From positions 1-53,891 of the forward strand of contig JAWWCR010000004.1 in assembly GCA_033720355.1 (NCBI GenBank): a DNA stretch of 53,891 nucleotides. The letters run 5' to 3'. Source of the DNA: Gemmatimonadota bacterium. GTDB lineage: Bacteria > Gemmatimonadota > Gemmatimonadetes > Palauibacterales > Palauibacteraceae. The notes below the pieces were generated by a model. It was not told the origin of the DNA. It was given only the letters and a program-made list of their open reading frames with translations, and made no database searches. The translations under genes were made by a program, and so were the position numbers. Every line of letters begins with the position of its first letter. The first letter of the stretch is position 1. Positions 51,086 through 53,891 of this stretch are shown one piece after another.

Positions 51086-52435
51086 TCATACGACGCTGTC
51101 GCTCGTCGGCATGTCCAGGAAATACGACCGGCACGCGAGACCGAGCATCCGTCCGGACACCTCCGGCTGCACGCCCAGGTACCGCGCGAGATCGAGCAGG
51201 TGATTCACGATATCGCGCGGGTGGCACGCACGCGCGGCCAGCCCGCGCTTCTCGTAGAACTCGCGGTAGATCAGATCCACGCCCGTCTCCGAGTAGGCCA
51301 GCCCCGCGCTCTCGCAGCACCCCTCGAAGATGTTCTCGTACTCCTCGCGCGACGGGTTGTCGACCAGGATCTTGTACTGGATCCGCCGAAGGAACGCCTC
51401 TTCCACCAGCTCGGTCGGATTCAGGTTCGTCGCGAAAATCAGGAGACACTCGAAGGGTACGGGCAGCTTGTGTCCCATGGGCAGGCTGAGGAAGTCCATG
51501 TGCCGGTCGAGCGGGATCATCCAGCGGTTGAGGAGGTCGCGTGGGCGAACCCGCTGACGTCCGAAGTCGTCGATGATGAAGACGCCGCAGTTGGCCTTCA
51601 TCTGTGGCGGGGCCCGGTACACGCCGGTCTGCTCGTCATGCTGGAGCTCGAGCTGCTCGAGAGTCAGCTCGCCACCGACCATGACGACCGGCCGGCGCAC
51701 CAGGGCGAACCGCGGGTCGAAGTCGGGGACGTCGCGCAGAAACGCGGGCCGCGGCGGGCCTTCCGACAGATCGTGCTCGGGGTCCCTGTGTGCCACGGGG
51801 TCGTACACGGAGACGATCTGACCGTCCACCTCGACGGCGAAGGGCACGTAGATCCTCGACCCCATCATCTCGGCGACGGCCTCGGCGATGGAGGTCTTCC
51901 CGTTCCCGGCGTGTCCGTAGAGAAAGAGGGACTTACCGGAGTTGATCGCCGGTCCGAGCGTATCGATGAACTCGTCGTCGAAGACGAGGTGCGAGAACCC
52001 CTCGCGGATCGCGTCTCGCCCGATCTGGAGTCCCCGGGTGCTCTGCGCCCGGACGGACTCCCAGTATTCGCCGAGCGGGATCGGCGCCGGACCGACATAG
52101 CGGTTGGTCTGCATGACCTCGCGCGCGCGCGCCCGACCCTCCGAAGTGATGTCGAACGTGTACCCGATCCGCCCGTGCCCCTCGCTGCCCCGAACCTCCA
52201 TGAGCCGGCGCTGCTGTAGCTCCATCAGCATCGGGTCGAGGATCGCGAAGGGAAGACGGAGGAACGCTTCGAGCTGCATCCCGGTCCGCGCGCCCTGGAG
52301 GTAGAGGGTCTTCACGATCAGGTCGCTGACCATCGCCTGCGAGAGACCCGTGTCCTCGAGAGTCTCGGGGACCGGCGGACGCACTCCTTCGGTGATCTCG
52401 GGAGCGACCGCTGCTTCTGGGGCTGCGTAAACCAT
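51086..52435 (-). CDS. AAA-family ATPase with an N-terminal winged-helix-like region
   Basis: GHAGNGKTS, FIIDDFGRQ, FATNL, AFLRRI; ATG 52435 after GAGGA. Confidence 0.88.
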   Translation of the reverse strand: MVYAAPEAAVAPEITEGVRPPVPETLEDTGLSQAMVSDLIVKTLYLQGARTGMQLEAFLRLPFAILDPMLMELQQRRLMEVRGSEGHGRIGYTFDITSEGRARAREVMQTNRYVGPAPIPLGEYWESVRAQSTRGLQIGRDAIREGFSHLVFDDEFIDTLGPAINSGKSLFLYGHAGNGKTSIAEAVAEMMGSRIYVPFAVEVDGQIVSVYDPVAHRDPEHDLSEGPPRPAFLRDVPDFDPRFALVRRPVVMVGGELTLEQLELQHDEQTGVYRAPPQMKANCGVFIIDDFGRQRVRPRDLLNRWMIPLDRHMDFLSLPMGHKLPVPFECLLIFATNLNPTELVEEAFLRRIQYKILVDNPSREEYENIFEGCCESAGLAYSETGVDLIYREFYEKRGLAARACHPRDIVNHLLDLARYLGVQPEVSGRMLGLACRSYFLDMPTSDSVV

Positions 52436-52458
52436 CGTTCTTCGTCCTCGCTTCGCGC

Positions 52459-52830
52459 TCAGGCGGCTTCGCGACGGGTCTCGGACCACGTCAACCGGTC
52501 ACCCGCCCGGGTGCCGGTGTGCTCGAGCGTCCCCGCGGGGAGCTCGATCGCACAGCTCGCCTCCTTGTGCGTCTTCGAAAACCGCCACGGTTTCAAGCCG
52601 TGGTACAGCGCGACGACCCGGCCGTCATCGTCGAGGAAGACGATGTCGAGCGGGTACGTCATCCAGTGCATGTGCACGCCCTGACAGGGGCGGATCAGCA
52701 GACCCTCCCCCTCGTTCGGCTCGGGGTATCCGATCATGCCCCGCAGCCTGGGCCACCAGCGATCGGCGACCCTCACGTGATCCCCGAGGGCCCGGTCGCG
52801 ATCCTCGTTCCGGACCGACACGTAACTCAA
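52459..52830 (-). CDS. DUF192 domain protein
   Basis: RLRGM, GLLIRPC..VH..WM.YPLDIVFLD, IELPAG. Confidence 0.88.
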   Translation of the reverse strand: MSYVSVRNEDRDRALGDHVRVADRWWPRLRGMIGYPEPNEGEGLLIRPCQGVHMHWMTYPLDIVFLDDDGRVVALYHGLKPWRFSKTHKEASCAIELPAGTLEHTGTRAGDRLTWSETRREAA

Positions 52831-53777
52831 CCCAACCCCTGGAAGAAGTCGCGGAACAGGAAGACCGCCGGTCCCACCAGGACGACGAAGATCGCCGGGA
52901 AGATGAAGAAGATCAGCGGGAACAACATCTTGACCGTCGTCTTCGCGGCGGCCTCTTCGGCCTTCTGCATCCGCTTCGTCCGCAGGGTATCCGAGTGCAC
53001 GCGCAGGGCGTCGGCGATCGACGTACCGAACCGATCGGTCTGGAGCAGCATGGACGTGAGCGACCGGATATCATCGACTCCGGTGCGCTCGCCCAGCCGC
53101 CGCAGCGCCTCGTCGCGAGGAGTCCCCGCACGGATCTCGAGGTTCACGACCGTCAGCTCATCCGACATCTCGGGGCTGATCCGGTCCACTTCGTCCGACA
53201 CGCGGACGAGCGCCTGGTTGAGTCCCAGCCCGGCCTCCACGCAAACGACGAGGAGGTCGAGGGTGTCGGGAAGGGCCCGGGACAGCGCCGACTGACGGTT
53301 CTTTACGCGACCATCGACGTAGAAGAAGGGCGCCAGCCAGCCGAGCAGCCCGAGCATCCCCGTGATGAGCCACAGCGTCATTGCGGGGATCGCGAGCCCG
53401 AAGGCTTGCGACATGACCGCGATACCGACGAACCCGCCGAAGCCGAGCATCAACGCGAGCACCAGGCGGCTGGCAATGTAGACCGACACGGCGTTCGCGT
53501 GGCGGATACCCGCGTACATCAGCCACAGCCGGGTCTTCGACAGGTCCGTCCGGTTCTGCGACACCCGCTCGCCGAGGGCCTCGAGGACCGATGCGAGCCG
53601 ATCCCGCTTCTGCTGACGGCGGCGTCGCTCCTGAAGGTCCCGGTAGCTCGTGGCTCCGGTCTGTATCGTGGCCAGACGCCTGTGGACCGCTCGCTCCTCG
53701 GCCGGCGTCACGTTCGCGAGACCGAAGACCAGGAGCCCCACGGCGATGGCGGTAAGCGCTACGACCAGAAAGATCAT
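52827..53777 (-). CDS. tadC: Type II secretion F family protein, Tad pilus assembly TadC
   Basis: LPDTLDLLVVCVEAGLGL, Q.DRFGTSI, AEEAAAKTTVKMLFPL. Confidence 0.93.
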   Translation of the reverse strand: MIFLVVALTAIAVGLLVFGLANVTPAEERAVHRRLATIQTGATSYRDLQERRRRQQKRDRLASVLEALGERVSQNRTDLSKTRLWLMYAGIRHANAVSVYIASRLVLALMLGFGGFVGIAVMSQAFGLAIPAMTLWLITGMLGLLGWLAPFFYVDGRVKNRQSALSRALPDTLDLLVVCVEAGLGLNQALVRVSDEVDRISPEMSDELTVVNLEIRAGTPRDEALRRLGERTGVDDIRSLTSMLLQTDRFGTSIADALRVHSDTLRTKRMQKAEEAAAKTTVKMLFPLIFFIFPAIFVVLVGPAVFLFRDFFQGLG

Positions 53778-53786
53778 CGTCGTCTC

Positions 53787-53891
53787 CTAGAGATCCACGT
53801 CCATGATCCGGCGGATCGCGACGAATCCGACCAGCTGGAGCCCGGCAGCCGTGACGAGCATCAGGCGTCCGAGCGGCTCCTCGAACAGCAC
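53787..53891 (-). CDS. tadB: Tad pilus assembly TadB, C-terminal fragment
   Basis: Manual translation VLFEEPLGRLMLVTAAGLQLVGFVAIRRIMDVDL*, a typical TadB C-terminus directly upstream of tadC. Confidence 0.8.
   Translation of the reverse strand: MLFEEPLGRLMLVTAAGLQLVGFVAIRRIMDVDL

Overview
GC-rich (roughly 70% by eye) bacterial chromosomal segment with about 50 densely packed genes. I saw no rRNA, tRNA, CRISPR array or mobile element. Gene content and style suggest Gemmatimonadota or a similar diderm marine or host-associated lineage; this is inference only. Core blocks are a GltD-like Fe-S flavoprotein with 2-oxoacid:ferredoxin oxidoreductase alpha/beta, feoAB behind a perfect 9-1-9 Fur-like operator, fhs-pgi-gnd-zwf, a PIG-L/small membrane protein/sodium:solute symporter triad, and the 3' end of a Tad pilus locus with an unusual downstream extension. 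Most notable: (1) an ECF sigma factor coupled to a fusion of a zinc anti-sigma (ZAS) domain and an O6-alkylguanine-DNA alkyltransferase, a possible sigma-based alkylation response; (2) an AhpD-like gene with an in-frame TGA in a CxxU motif plus a SECIS-like hairpin, a probable selenoprotein that the ORF track splits in two; (3) an unannotated 23-aa membrane micropeptide; (4) an H1-like basic repeat protein; (5) an iodotyrosine-deiodinase-like flavoprotein. Many ORF-track starts were shortened by hand using RBS and stop/start overlap evidence.
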